Part shown: positions 17,201 through 25,826 of the stretch, piece after piece
How positions within the stretch are numbered: the first letter of the stretch is position 1
Layout of the letters: the number at the start of each line of letters is the position of its first letter
Origin: a virus
Virus record (IMG/VR): IMGVR_UViG_3300049049_000237
Location: 16,003 to 80,002 of that record
Strand: one strand, 5' to 3'
Length of the DNA stretch: 64,000 bases
The notes under the pieces: model-generated
Told to the model about the DNA's origin: nothing
What the model saw: the letters and a program-made list of their open reading frames with translations, nothing else
Database searches by the model: none
Translations under genes and position numbers: made by a program

Positions 17201-17637
17201 CGAATCCTCCTGAAGCGGACGTACGTCTCGGTCTCGGACTCTACCTCGAAGCGCAGCGGATGTGCTGCCTTGCCCGCCTTGTCGATGAGGATCGAGTTCC
17301 CGACGGCGAGCTCCTGGCCGACGATCTGGCGCAGGATCGCTAGCTCCAGAACCATGTCCACGTCGTGGGAAGGCGACGTGGTGCTGGGCTTGACGAACAG
17401 CGAGTTGAGGCCCCGCTGGATCCGCTCCGCCGTCTTCTCGATGGCGGCGATCGATCGGTTGCCCATCTCCAGCATGTCGCGCGTCGCATCGAACAGCTCC
17501 GGGAGCGTCATCTCCTCGAAGCTCTTGCCGAGCGCCTTCTCAGACGAGCGGCGCGTAGTCTTGGGGGTCGTACCCCGTCTCGCCTTGGTAGCCGGGATGG
17601 TCTGCTTTGCGGGCTTCTTCGTCTTGGGCTTGTTCAT
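17197..17637 (-). CDS. Hypothetical protein with basic N-terminal tail
   Basis: Coupled ORF. Confidence 0.6.
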   Translation of the reverse strand: MNKPKTKKPAKQTIPATKARRGTTPKTTRRSSEKALGKSFEEMTLPELFDATRDMLEMGNRSIAAIEKTAERIQRGLNSLFVKPSTTSPSHDVDMVLELAILRQIVGQELAVGNSILIDKAGKAAHPLRFEVESETETYVRFRRIR

Positions 17638-18586
17638 GTTGCTTCATCGCTTCCAGCACGTCCGCATGCTTCACATCCGGACGCGTCTTGCTCTCGGGGT
17701 TGAGAGCGTAGAGGGTTCTCTTGCGCCCCGACTTCGGATCTACCCGATGGCCTTGCGGGGCGAGCCATCCGGTATCCTTCCAGGTCTTGAGGTCACCTGC
17801 CTTGTGCTTGCGCAGCAAGGACGTGAGCTCTTCGTAGTCGAGCGGACCGAGGTTCTTGATCTCCTCGATGAACTTGATCGAGTTGATCTTCCAGGCCGTG
17901 ATGACCTTGGTGTCCTTGCTGCCTGGCGCAGCCCAGAAGTTGGGGAGCAGCGGAGGCTTGAACCTGCGCTTGAGCTCGATGCGATCGCCGAAGCGACTCG
18001 TGTCAGCGAGGTTGACGCTTCGGTACGTCTCTTCGTGATCGTGGCCGTTGAACTGCTCGAACATGTACATCAGCCCGATCACGCCGTGCTTCGAGATGCC
18101 CGTCAGCGTCGCCGCCAACTGCTTCTCCAGCGGGGTGCGCGGCGCGCAGGGCACCAAGCCGACGATGTAGTCCGGTCCGATGCCCCAGCTCTTCGCTCGA
18201 CTCGCCTCGCGCTTGAGCTGCTTCACGACCGCGTGGTTGAGGTCGACCTTCGCGTGCACACCGACCTGCGTACCAACAGGTACTGGTTCCCCTTCGGGCG
18301 TGAGGGTCGAGCATCCTTCACGCGCCACGAGGATCATGTCGAAGCGGCGGTTGGGATGCTCGGGCCACACATCCCAGCCAGCGCGCATCGCCTCGATGCA
18401 GAAGTCTAGGCAAAGAGAAGCCTCGCGAGCGAGGTTCTCTCCCAAGTAGGCCGGGGACGGTACGTAGGGTACCGGCCTCTTCCTACTCGGCTTCTCGTTC
18501 TTCGCGGGCTTCTGCTGCGATTCGGGCGCCTTCGTTGGCGGCCCGCTCGCTGAAGTTGTCGTGGACGGCGTCGTCGGGCTCATCAT
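17540..18586 (-). CDS. PD-(D/E)xK-like domain (HxK variant) with C-terminal winged helix
   Basis: GWDVWPE..FDMILV..QVGVHAK; ITAWKINSIK..WL; start uncertain. Confidence 0.55.
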   Translation of the reverse strand: MMSPTTPSTTTSASGPPTKAPESQQKPAKNEKPSRKRPVPYVPSPAYLGENLAREASLCLDFCIEAMRAGWDVWPEHPNRRFDMILVAREGCSTLTPEGEPVPVGTQVGVHAKVDLNHAVVKQLKREASRAKSWGIGPDYIVGLVPCAPRTPLEKQLAATLTGISKHGVIGLMYMFEQFNGHDHEETYRSVNLADTSRFGDRIELKRRFKPPLLPNFWAAPGSKDTKVITAWKINSIKFIEEIKNLGPLDYEELTSLLRKHKAGDLKTWKDTGWLAPQGHRVDPKSGRKRTLYALNPESKTRPDVKHADVLEAMKQHEQAQDEEARKADHPGYQGETGYDPQDYAPLV

Positions 18587-19631
18587 CGGCCTCGGGAATG
18601 CTCACGTCGCCATGCACGTGAGCCGGTCCCAAGGTCATACCACGATCCACATCATCTTGCTGTGCTTCGGCTTCAGCAAGCGCACGTTCCTTCGCCTCCT
18701 CGGACGGGGTCTGCTTTCTGCCCCGCGTGACGTTGAACATCGAAGGCGAGAGGAAGGCGCCGAGCCACGGCTTGTAGGAGGTGAGGTCCTCCCGCTTCGC
18801 GGAGATGTACCCAACGCGGCTCGGAGCGAAGCCGAAGTAGCGCACCGACTCGTTGCTGAACATGTCCCACAGACCAGCGAGGGCCATGTCGTCGGTGATG
18901 CTGAGCTGCCAGTTCTTCTTGCCTGCCTTCTCGCGAATGCCCGCACGTACGACGAGCCAGAGGCGCGTGAGGACCGACACGTAGAGCTGGTACGGGTTCT
19001 TGGCCAAGAGCAGCGAGCGGCGCTGCGCCTTGGCGATCGAGTCGTAGCTGGAGTTGTGCTTCACGTGCAGGAACGCGAGCTCGGAGAACTCGATGCCCGC
19101 GAAGCGGAACACGGCGTACGCGTCGGGCTGCTTCTTGCCGGCATCCCCGCCCGTGCGGATCGTGTGCGACGTCGAGACACCGTACATGTCGTGGATGAAC
19201 GCGCTCGCCGGTGCACGGAAGTTCACGACGCTCCACGTGTAGTGGCCGCTGTTGAACTGACCCAGCAGACTGTTCTCGTCCGCGGTGAACGGGATGATGT
19301 AGTTGAGCTCGGCCTGCGGCCAGCGCTCATCCTTCCTGTGGGCGGACTCCAACCGGCTCGAACGCGACGAGGTCCGCTTCGGGCTTCGCAGCGTCGAGTC
19401 CGACTCCCGGCCCTTCAGGGCACCCAACAGCTTGGTGCTGAGCCCCTCCCCATCTCCGTGGAGGTCGATCATCACCGTGGGCGTCTTGTCCTCCGGAGGC
19501 AGCGACACCGCCACGTCGTACATCAGCTTGCGCTCCAGTGCGTCCACCAGGCCCGGCATCACATGCCCCTTCAGGGACCTGATCTCACGAGCGAGCTCCA
19601 CTGCTTCGCGAATGTCGATCATCTTGTTCAC
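18483..19631 (-). CDS. Hypothetical protein, possible PD-(D/E)xK-like core (HxK variant)
   Basis: KQPDAYAVF..AFLHVK. Confidence 0.5.
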   Translation of the reverse strand: MNKMIDIREAVELAREIRSLKGHVMPGLVDALERKLMYDVAVSLPPEDKTPTVMIDLHGDGEGLSTKLLGALKGRESDSTLRSPKRTSSRSSRLESAHRKDERWPQAELNYIIPFTADENSLLGQFNSGHYTWSVVNFRAPASAFIHDMYGVSTSHTIRTGGDAGKKQPDAYAVFRFAGIEFSELAFLHVKHNSSYDSIAKAQRRSLLLAKNPYQLYVSVLTRLWLVVRAGIREKAGKKNWQLSITDDMALAGLWDMFSNESVRYFGFAPSRVGYISAKREDLTSYKPWLGAFLSPSMFNVTRGRKQTPSEEAKERALAEAEAQQDDVDRGMTLGPAHVHGDVSIPEADDEPDDAVHDNFSERAANEGARIAAEAREEREAE

Positions 19632-19638
19632 TCCGTGT

Positions 19639-19974
19639 TCATGTTCCTACAGGATCCGGCGAGTCGATGGCGATGATGTCCGCCAACATAGCCGCCATGT
19701 TCGCCACGTCAGCGCATTCCAACACCACAGCCGCCGGCTTGGTGTTGTCCTTCGCGAGCTCGCGCTTCAGCTCCTCCACCTCGCCTTGCAGCAGGTCGAG
19801 GAAGAAGAGCGCACGCTCCTTCTGCTTTGCGGGGTCGATGTGCGGGTGTCCGAGGGCATCGACCGTGTGGATGCCTTGCCGCCAGTGGTCCTTCCACCCG
19901 TTCGCTCGGAGCTTGCCGAGCATCACGATGGAGAGGTTCTTGACGATTCGCTCTTCCTCTTCCTTGGAGGCCAT
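19639..19974 (-). CDS. MazG-like NTP pyrophosphohydrolase
   Basis: KLRAN..KDHW, GEVEEL, ECADVANMAAM. Confidence 0.7.
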   Translation of the reverse strand: MASKEEEERIVKNLSIVMLGKLRANGWKDHWRQGIHTVDALGHPHIDPAKQKERALFFLDLLQGEVEELKRELAKDNTKPAAVVLECADVANMAAMLADIIAIDSPDPVGT

Positions 19975-19981
19975 ACGTCCC

Positions 19982-20578
19982 TCAGAAACACGCGCGAGGC
20001 AGCGACTTGATCTTCGCGAGCTTCGCTGCGTTCTTGTGGTCAAAGGCTTCTAGCAGTTCATCATGCCGAAGGTTGATCTTCTCCTTCAGGCGATCGATCT
20101 GCGCCTCGAAGCTCTGGATGATCGGGTCCTTGGCGGCGACGTTGTTGCGCTCGGTGTGCAGGTCGCGCGCAAGCCTCACGAGCTGCTTGAGCTTCGGGGC
20201 GTGCTTGAGATCCATGCGTGCGAAGACGAGGTACCCGTCGCCGGAGTCCCCGCCCATGTGCGAGTGGCCTCCGGACGAAGTGAACACGTCGTACCCCTTC
20301 TTGCGCGAACGAAGAGGGCGGTGAACAGCACCCTCCAGTTCGTGCGAGGCCTCCGCGATGCTGTACCAGGAGACCCCGTAGGTGTGTCCTCCGACCGAAC
20401 TCACAACCGGCGTGTACGAGGTGATGAGCTGGAAGATGAGCTCGTACTCGGGGTTGACCCAGTACGATACGAGCTTCCAGAGCCTGAACTTCTTGCCACG
20501 CAGACGTTCGAGGTCGGCACGCAACGTCTTGAAGAACTCGTCGAACGTCTCGCACTTGGTGAAGAGCTTGGTGCTCAT
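19982..20578 (-). CDS. Hypothetical protein with C-terminal coiled coil
   Basis: Coupled ORF. Confidence 0.6.
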   Translation of the reverse strand: MSTKLFTKCETFDEFFKTLRADLERLRGKKFRLWKLVSYWVNPEYELIFQLITSYTPVVSSVGGHTYGVSWYSIAEASHELEGAVHRPLRSRKKGYDVFTSSGGHSHMGGDSGDGYLVFARMDLKHAPKLKQLVRLARDLHTERNNVAAKDPIIQSFEAQIDRLKEKINLRHDELLEAFDHKNAAKLAKIKSLPRACF

Positions 20579-21030
20579 CGGAAAATGCTTCCCCCGAGTC
20601 GCCGCGCTTCGTGCTCCGCGATGACCAGGCGTTGGTTGCCGGGCGTGAGCTGCTCGTACATCCGCAGCATCTGCTCGAAGGTGAACCAGCCCACCCCGAG
20701 CGCATCACGCAGCTCCGGATGCCACGTGGGGAAGGCGTACCCCTTGTAGAAGCGCACGGTGCACGCCGTCTTCACCGCCGGTGGATCGAAGTCGGTCTCG
20801 AAGCACGGGTCGAGGTGGATGCCACCACTTCCGGCGCCGCCACGCTCCCATCCCAGCTCTTCGGTGAGCTCACGCCACAGAGCGTCGCGGGGGTGGGGAT
20901 CGTCCTGCTCGACCTTGCCTCCGGGACACTCCCACGTGTACGGGAACTCCCGGCTCGGCATGCGCTGCTGAAGCAGGATGTGGCAATCACGGAAGATGAC
21001 GCCAGCCACGACCAAGATTCTGTTCTCCAT
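20575..21030 (-). CDS. NUDIX hydrolase (MutT-like)
   Basis: VVAGVI..LLQQR..WECPGGKVE..ALWRELTEELG. Confidence 0.9.
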   Translation of the reverse strand: MENRILVVAGVIFRDCHILLQQRMPSREFPYTWECPGGKVEQDDPHPRDALWRELTEELGWERGGAGSGGIHLDPCFETDFDPPAVKTACTVRFYKGYAFPTWHPELRDALGVGWFTFEQMLRMYEQLTPGNQRLVIAEHEARRLGGSIFR

Positions 21031-21539
21031 CATCGCTCCAGTTGGTCTTCTTGGACTTTCAGTAGACGAGCAACGATCTTCAGCGCTGCCGCCTGTACAT
21101 GTTCTTGTTGTCGTGCCTCACGCACGAGCGGATACACCTCCTTGAGCATGAAGATCCTGCCGCGGAGGTTGTGCGTGGTGCTCGAAAGCAGAGGCCAGAG
21201 CTCGTAGGTGAGCCCCAGCCATTCGAGCACCAACGTCGTAGCTGCTGACGTTTCGATCTCGTTGCGGTTGTTCACCGCGTGGCGCTCAGCGAGGTCCTGC
21301 TTGTTCGGGTCCTTGTGCATGTCGAAGACGCGGGCCATGTGCGTGTCTTCGAGGCATCGAGGACCGTCCGCGCCGTACAACACCATGTGCCCCAGCTCGT
21401 GCGCGAGCACTTCCGTGTAGTACGGATAACCTGCGTGCTTCGCCTGCGAACCACGGATGGTGCTGAGCCCACCGCCCAGATAGCGCATCAGGCGACGAGC
21501 TCGCGCCTCGACGTCCACGTACGGCACGATCGGGGACAT
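21030..21539 (-). CDS. HExxH zincin-like (ImmA/IrrE-like) protein
   Basis: LAHELGHMV..NEIETSA. Confidence 0.55.
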   Translation of the reverse strand: MSPIVPYVDVEARARRLMRYLGGGLSTIRGSQAKHAGYPYYTEVLAHELGHMVLYGADGPRCLEDTHMARVFDMHKDPNKQDLAERHAVNNRNEIETSAATTLVLEWLGLTYELWPLLSSTTHNLRGRIFMLKEVYPLVREARQQEHVQAAALKIVARLLKVQEDQLER

Positions 21540-21997
21540 CCGTAGAACGGGCCCTTCACCGATTTCTCGACGTACTTCATCGGGGCTGCACAGAGAGGAC
21601 AGCGGAGGATGTCGTCGTTCTTCGCCGCCGGCTTCGGAGGCAGTGGAGCTTGTTCTTCGTCCGCCTCGGCACGTCGATCAAGCATCAGCCGCACCGCATC
21701 GAGCATGCCCTGGGCGTACCCCTGCGCAGCTTCGAGGGTGCCGCTGTACGTGAGAAGTCGACGAGCATCGGCAGGGGGAGCTTCGCGCTCCAAGATGATC
21801 TCCATCACGCCGAGGTCGAGTGCCTTCGGGAGGTGGAACACCTCCGCACGACCACGTTCACCGAAGCGGTCGGAGCCATCCCTTGCGAGCCGCACGATGA
21901 AGCGCGGGCTCGCCATCCTCATCTGGACCTCGACGTCATCGTTCAGCACGAGGTCGTCGAACGAGTCGAGACGCAGCCTTCGTTCAACGGGCTTCAT
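21488..21997 (-). CDS. Hypothetical protein with C-terminal topoisomerase-type zinc ribbon
   Basis: CPLCAAPM..GPFYGC. Confidence 0.55.
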   Translation of the reverse strand: MKPVERRLRLDSFDDLVLNDDVEVQMRMASPRFIVRLARDGSDRFGERGRAEVFHLPKALDLGVMEIILEREAPPADARRLLTYSGTLEAAQGYAQGMLDAVRLMLDRRAEADEEQAPLPPKPAAKNDDILRCPLCAAPMKYVEKSVKGPFYGCPRSCRTWTSRRELVA

Positions 21998-22015
21998 CCT
22001 TCTTCTCCTTCTTGT

Positions 22016-22381
22016 TCATCTGCCGAAGGCCTTCTCGATCTCCAAGATCGCGCGTTGGGCACCGAACCACTCGCGGCTCGCTCCATCGCCCTCCATCTCC
22101 TTGTAGATGACCCTCCCCGCCTCGGTGCTCGTGCTGGTCATCCACTGCAACAGCGGCAGCATTCCCCATCCGAGCGTCGGCATGTGCTTCGGCTCGGAGT
22201 ACAGCCCGCGTTGGATGAGGAAGAGATGGCACACGAGCTGGTCGATCGGATCGATGAGGATCTCGATGATCGTCGCATCGGTGGGGAACGCACGCTCGCT
22301 GTGTACCCGCACACGGAAGCCTTGGAGGGGTCTGTTGCGCAGGTTGTTCTTGTCCTGGTTCATGTCTAGCGCACGCGACAT
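22016..22381 (-). CDS. Hypothetical protein
   Basis: GAGGG SD; first gene after the CCTATCAG motif. Confidence 0.6.
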   Translation of the reverse strand: MSRALDMNQDKNNLRNRPLQGFRVRVHSERAFPTDATIIEILIDPIDQLVCHLFLIQRGLYSEPKHMPTLGWGMLPLLQWMTSTSTEAGRVIYKEMEGDGASREWFGAQRAILEIEKAFGR

Positions 22382-22399
22382 AGCTGGTCCCTCATCCTT

Positions 22400-22441
22400 C
22401 TGATAGGCAAAGAAGAAGTTTGGGGTGGCCGAAGCCACCCC
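22400..22441 (-). terminator. UUCG terminator fused to the CCTATCAG motif
   Basis: GGGGTGGC-TTCG-GCCACCCC-AAACTTCTTCTTTG-CCTATCAG. Confidence 0.75.
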
Positions 22442-22445
22442 TACT

Positions 22446-22751
22446 TCATTCGTTGCGGTACGGGTCCTGCCCAGACTCCATACGATGCGCGATCTTCTTC
22501 GCCTTGAGGATGCGCTGCTGTCGCTTCACTTCCTCATTGAGCTTGGCCCGCTCTTCTTCCTCTCGATGCTTGTCCCAGATCTTGTGGTAGCAGTCCTCGC
22601 AGACCGGCTCTTGGTTGAGGGAGTACGCGCGCACGAACTGCTTGTCGAAGCGCGGGACCGGGACCTTCTTGCACTCGTCGCACTCGGTCACCGTGATGAA
22701 CGAGATGAACGAGAGGACGAGGTCCCAGACCCATGTGAAGAAGCGCTTCAC
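22446..22751 (-). CDS. Zinc-finger + coiled-coil protein
   Basis: ECDEC..VCEDC; GTG start. Confidence 0.55.
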   Translation of the reverse strand: MKRFFTWVWDLVLSFISFITVTECDECKKVPVPRFDKQFVRAYSLNQEPVCEDCYHKIWDKHREEEERAKLNEEVKRQQRILKAKKIAHRMESGQDPYRNE

Positions 22752-23467
22752 ACGGGCTCCGTCTCGAATCGGATGTTGGGATCCTGGATGCCGGTGTCGA
22801 TGGTGGACGGCTCTGGCGCACTCGGCGGCATGAACGGCGGCTTCGCCTTCGGGGGCTCGACCAGCTTCGCGCGCCGACGCCACTTCACGAGCTTGCGGAA
22901 CAGGTCCGCCTGCGACTGCGCATCTTCGAGAGCGTGGTGCGTGATCGGAAGATCCGTGTCGATCGGCAGCGCATCCTTCTTCGTGGCGATGAAGTCGATG
23001 CCCAGCATGCCCATCGCGTACGACTTCAGGTCGAGCGCCGAGAAGCTGAAGATGCACTCGCCGAGGAAGCGGTGGCAGTAGTAGTAGACGAAGGAGAAGT
23101 CGAACGACGCGGGGTACGCGACGAACACCGGGATCGGTCCCTTGCCGTCACGCATGACCACCCGGCACATGCGCTTCACCCAGTCGTGCATCTCCTTCAT
23201 CGCGATCGCGGGGTCGACCGCATCCTTGCGCGCGGCGAGGTAGTACTCCGGACGCTCGTCCCACCACGCCATCGTGTTCGCGCTCGTCTTCGCGTCCGGC
23301 AGCCGCTTGAGCGTCTTGTAGAAGGTGCCGATCTCCTCCAGCGTGTCGGGGTGCATGGCGCTGATGCCGATCGAGAGCATGGAGCCCTGTCCCGGAGCAT
23401 CACCATCGCACTCGATGTCGACGGAGAAGTACATCTCGAAGCTCTTGTTCTTGTTGTCTTCCATCAC
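22748..23467 (-). CDS. DEDDh 3'-5' exonuclease (Rv2179c/RNase T-like)
   Basis: SVDIECDG, ASFDFSF, LDLKS, HHALEDA. Confidence 0.85.
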   Translation of the reverse strand: MMEDNKNKSFEMYFSVDIECDGDAPGQGSMLSIGISAMHPDTLEEIGTFYKTLKRLPDAKTSANTMAWWDERPEYYLAARKDAVDPAIAMKEMHDWVKRMCRVVMRDGKGPIPVFVAYPASFDFSFVYYYCHRFLGECIFSFSALDLKSYAMGMLGIDFIATKKDALPIDTDLPITHHALEDAQSQADLFRKLVKWRRRAKLVEPPKAKPPFMPPSAPEPSTIDTGIQDPNIRFETEPV

Positions 23468-23673
23468 TCAGGTTCTCCGGCCTTCAGCCATTCCACGTAC
23501 GTGTCGACGATGTCGTTGGGGTCTTCGCCGTGATGCAGCAGCACGCCCTCGGGCGATGCATCGCGGTAGGCGTGCCTGAAGTGGTCGGTGCCCAACCACT
23601 TGATGAAGCGACGCAGGTGCTCGCGCTCGGACATGCCGAGCTCGAACAGCTTCTTGATTGCATCCGGCGGCAT
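23464..23673 (-). CDS. Hypothetical protein
   Basis: Coupled ORF. Confidence 0.55.
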   Translation of the reverse strand: MPPDAIKKLFELGMSEREHLRRFIKWLGTDHFRHAYRDASPEGVLLHHGEDPNDIVDTYVEWLKAGEPE

Positions 23674-23879
23674 CAGAACTTCCTCGCGAACTTCATGGCG
23701 CCATCCTTCTCTGCGTTCAGGAGCGCCTCGTCGAGTTCGCGGTCCATGCGCCGGAGGTCAGCGAGCACCTCCGGCGGTGCGTTGGCGACGTACTCTTCGA
23801 GCGCGGTGTAGCGGCGGTTCAGCCGCTTGCCGATACGCACGACGAGATCGCGTCCGGTGTTGGCCTTGATCGGGCTCAT
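23673..23879 (-). CDS. Hypothetical helical protein
   Basis: Coupled ORF. Confidence 0.55.
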   Translation of the reverse strand: MSPIKANTGRDLVVRIGKRLNRRYTALEEYVANAPPEVLADLRRMDRELDEALLNAEKDGAMKFARKF

Positions 23880-24478
23880 GCTGCCATCTCATTTCCCCAG
23901 CTACTCCAGCCGGGCAGGTTGCGGCGAGCGAAGAACTCCGCGTACGGACCCTTCGAGCGTGCTTCGATGAGCTCGTAGGCAGCGTCGGGCTTGCGGCTGT
24001 GGATGCGCTTGCCGTCCGCCCCGCGAGGCACAGGAGCGAAGAACACCGACGGGATGTCCTTGCGATCGGTCTTCGCTGCGGGTCCGGTTCCTCGTACGCC
24101 GAAGAGCATCATCTCGTGAGCACCGCGTGCGTACTGACCGATGCCGTAGCGGAGCTCGATGTCGTCACCTTCGGGCTCGACAGCCCACCCAGTCTCGAAG
24201 TCGAGCTTCTTCGGCTTCCCCTTGACCTTCACCCACTGGTACGTGCGGATGTAGCGGAAGCCGAGGACGTCCATCAGCCAGAGGCCGTCCTTCAAGAAGT
24301 TGTCCGTCACCCACATGTACAAGTGGGAGTCCGCCGCGGGATGCCAGAGAGGCGACGACCAGATGATGTCCGGCATGTCCTTGGTGTCGACCAACGGATA
24401 GTGCCGATCGGCGCCCCGCTTGATCTTCCCTCCTCCGCGCTCCTTCCACGGCGGATCGATCTGACCGGTGACGAACAT
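23876..24478 (-). CDS. MT-A70 family adenine methyltransferase
   Basis: DPPW, HYPLV, LYMWVT, GFRY..WVK, E.MLFG, HSRKPD, FAR..GWSSWGNE. Confidence 0.9.
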   Translation of the reverse strand: MFVTGQIDPPWKERGGGKIKRGADRHYPLVDTKDMPDIIWSSPLWHPAADSHLYMWVTDNFLKDGLWLMDVLGFRYIRTYQWVKVKGKPKKLDFETGWAVEPEGDDIELRYGIGQYARGAHEMMLFGVRGTGPAAKTDRKDIPSVFFAPVPRGADGKRIHSRKPDAAYELIEARSKGPYAEFFARRNLPGWSSWGNEMAA

Positions 24479-24718
24479 CTACTCCTCGTTGTTCTCGGGG
24501 TGCTTGGACTTCGGCATGGGCGCCCAGTCCTTCTTTCCCATTGCGTTGAGGAAGCGGATGACAGCGCGCCGACCAGCGTCCGTCGTGACGTTCCGCTCGA
24601 TGTCGAGTGCGGCTGCACGCACCGGGCAGTGCCTCGCATGGTTGCCCGGCATCCCGTGCTTGCAGGCCGGGCAGTGCGCCATCGGGAAGAAGAAGTCGAT
24701 GCGGTCAGCGAATCGCAT
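24479..24718 (-). CDS. Small Cys/His protein
   Basis: HCPACKH..HARHCP. Confidence 0.55.
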   Translation of the reverse strand: MRFADRIDFFFPMAHCPACKHGMPGNHARHCPVRAAALDIERNVTTDAGRRAVIRFLNAMGKKDWAPMPKSKHPENNEE

Positions 24719-24932
24719 TGCCCTTCTTCTTTCTCCTGCCGGCGTACTTCTTGATGAGGTTGAGGATGTCGGTGACGAGCGCTTCGTCGCCGACGCCCGA
24801 CATCTCGATGACTCCGCCGCGCTTCCCGTCCGGGAGCTGCACGTACTGCCGGTTGATCGCGAGAGCGAAGAGCGGCTGCTTGAAGTCGCGGGCGAGCTGC
24901 CGCTGCCCGCGCGTGTAGCGAACGGCGCCCAT
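24705..24932 (-). CDS. Hypothetical protein
   Basis: TGATG-coupled ORF from MGAVRY. Confidence 0.5.
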   Translation of the reverse strand: MGAVRYTRGQRQLARDFKQPLFALAINRQYVQLPDGKRGGVIEMSGVGDEALVTDILNLIKKYAGRRKKKGNAIR

Positions 24933-25210
24933 CACATCTCCCCCGAGCGCGCCGCACGCCAGACGAGACGTTCGAGCTCTTCGAGGGTGTTCCGGCGGAC
25001 CGAGTACTCGATCATCTCGCGGACCATGTCCAGCGCTCCGAGCGCGGTCACCCACTTGTTCTCCTTGAAGAGCCGCTCGATACGTCTCCGCTGATCCAAC
25101 GTGAGCTTGCGCTGCGTATTGAGCTGCTCCAGCAGCACTCCCTTCACGAAGGGAGGAATCGGGCGCTCGTCGGTGGCGACCTCGCGGGTCTCCTCGTCCT
25201 CACGTGCCAT
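24932..25210 (-). CDS. Hypothetical helical protein
   Basis: From MAREDEE. Confidence 0.55.
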   Translation of the reverse strand: MAREDEETREVATDERPIPPFVKGVLLEQLNTQRKLTLDQRRRIERLFKENKWVTALGALDMVREMIEYSVRRNTLEELERLVWRAARSGEM

Positions 25211-25424
25211 GCTCACCTCGCTTGATGATCGAGAGCTCGAAGCCCAGAAGGCACACGTGCGTGTAGCCCTCCTCGCGGTGGAAGCTGACCAGCCAGTCAC
25301 GAAGCGTCCCGTACGGGCCCCACAGACGAGCCGGGCAGTGCGTCAGCGTGATGTTCAGCTCCTGGTCCTCACCGACCAGGAGGTCACCGGCGATCAGGTG
25401 CCGGTACGTCGCTCGGTTTCGCAT
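25200..25424 (-). CDS. Hypothetical protein
   Basis: Coupled ORF. Confidence 0.45.
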   Translation of the reverse strand: MRNRATYRHLIAGDLLVGEDQELNITLTHCPARLWGPYGTLRDWLVSFHREEGYTHVCLLGFELSIIKRGEHGT

Positions 25425-25578
25425 CGGGCGGATGGACCTTGCAGTTCGTGTTCTTGATGAAGCCGTACGTCGCTGCGTCGCCTCGGTAGCCGCGTCCGTG
25501 GTGGTTGTCGACCACGGGACACTCGCAGCCGAGCGCGATGGCTTCCGACGTGCCGGGGTTGGGCGTGTTCTTGTTCAT
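25384..25578 (-). CDS. Small Cys/His phage protein
   Basis: NPGTSEA..GCECPVVDN..GRG..CKVH. Confidence 0.6.
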   Translation of the reverse strand: MNKNTPNPGTSEAIALGCECPVVDNHHGRGYRGDAATYGFIKNTNCKVHPPDAKPSDVPAPDRR

Positions 25579-25826
25579 CCTCTACCGTGTATCGGGCAGT
25601 TGTAGTCGGGATAGTGCGGAGCACCGCGCTCCTCGTGCTTGATGTGGCACGTGCACTTCTTGGGTTTCGGTTCTCCCACCACGAGGCGGCGAAGCTCCGC
25701 GATGACGGCCCTGTTGTGCAGGCACCCATCGCAGAGAATCGGAGAGCCCGCCTTCTTCCTGCACGAGTCGCACTCGTGGAAGCTGAGCTCGTGGAGCTCG
25801 TTGAGATCGACCTTCGACATCACCAC
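25575..25826 (-). CDS. Small double Cys-cluster protein
   Basis: ECDSC..LCDGC..KCTC..CPIH. Confidence 0.55.
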   Translation of the reverse strand: MVMSKVDLNELHELSFHECDSCRKKAGSPILCDGCLHNRAVIAELRRLVVGEPKPKKCTCHIKHEERGAPHYPDYNCPIHGRG

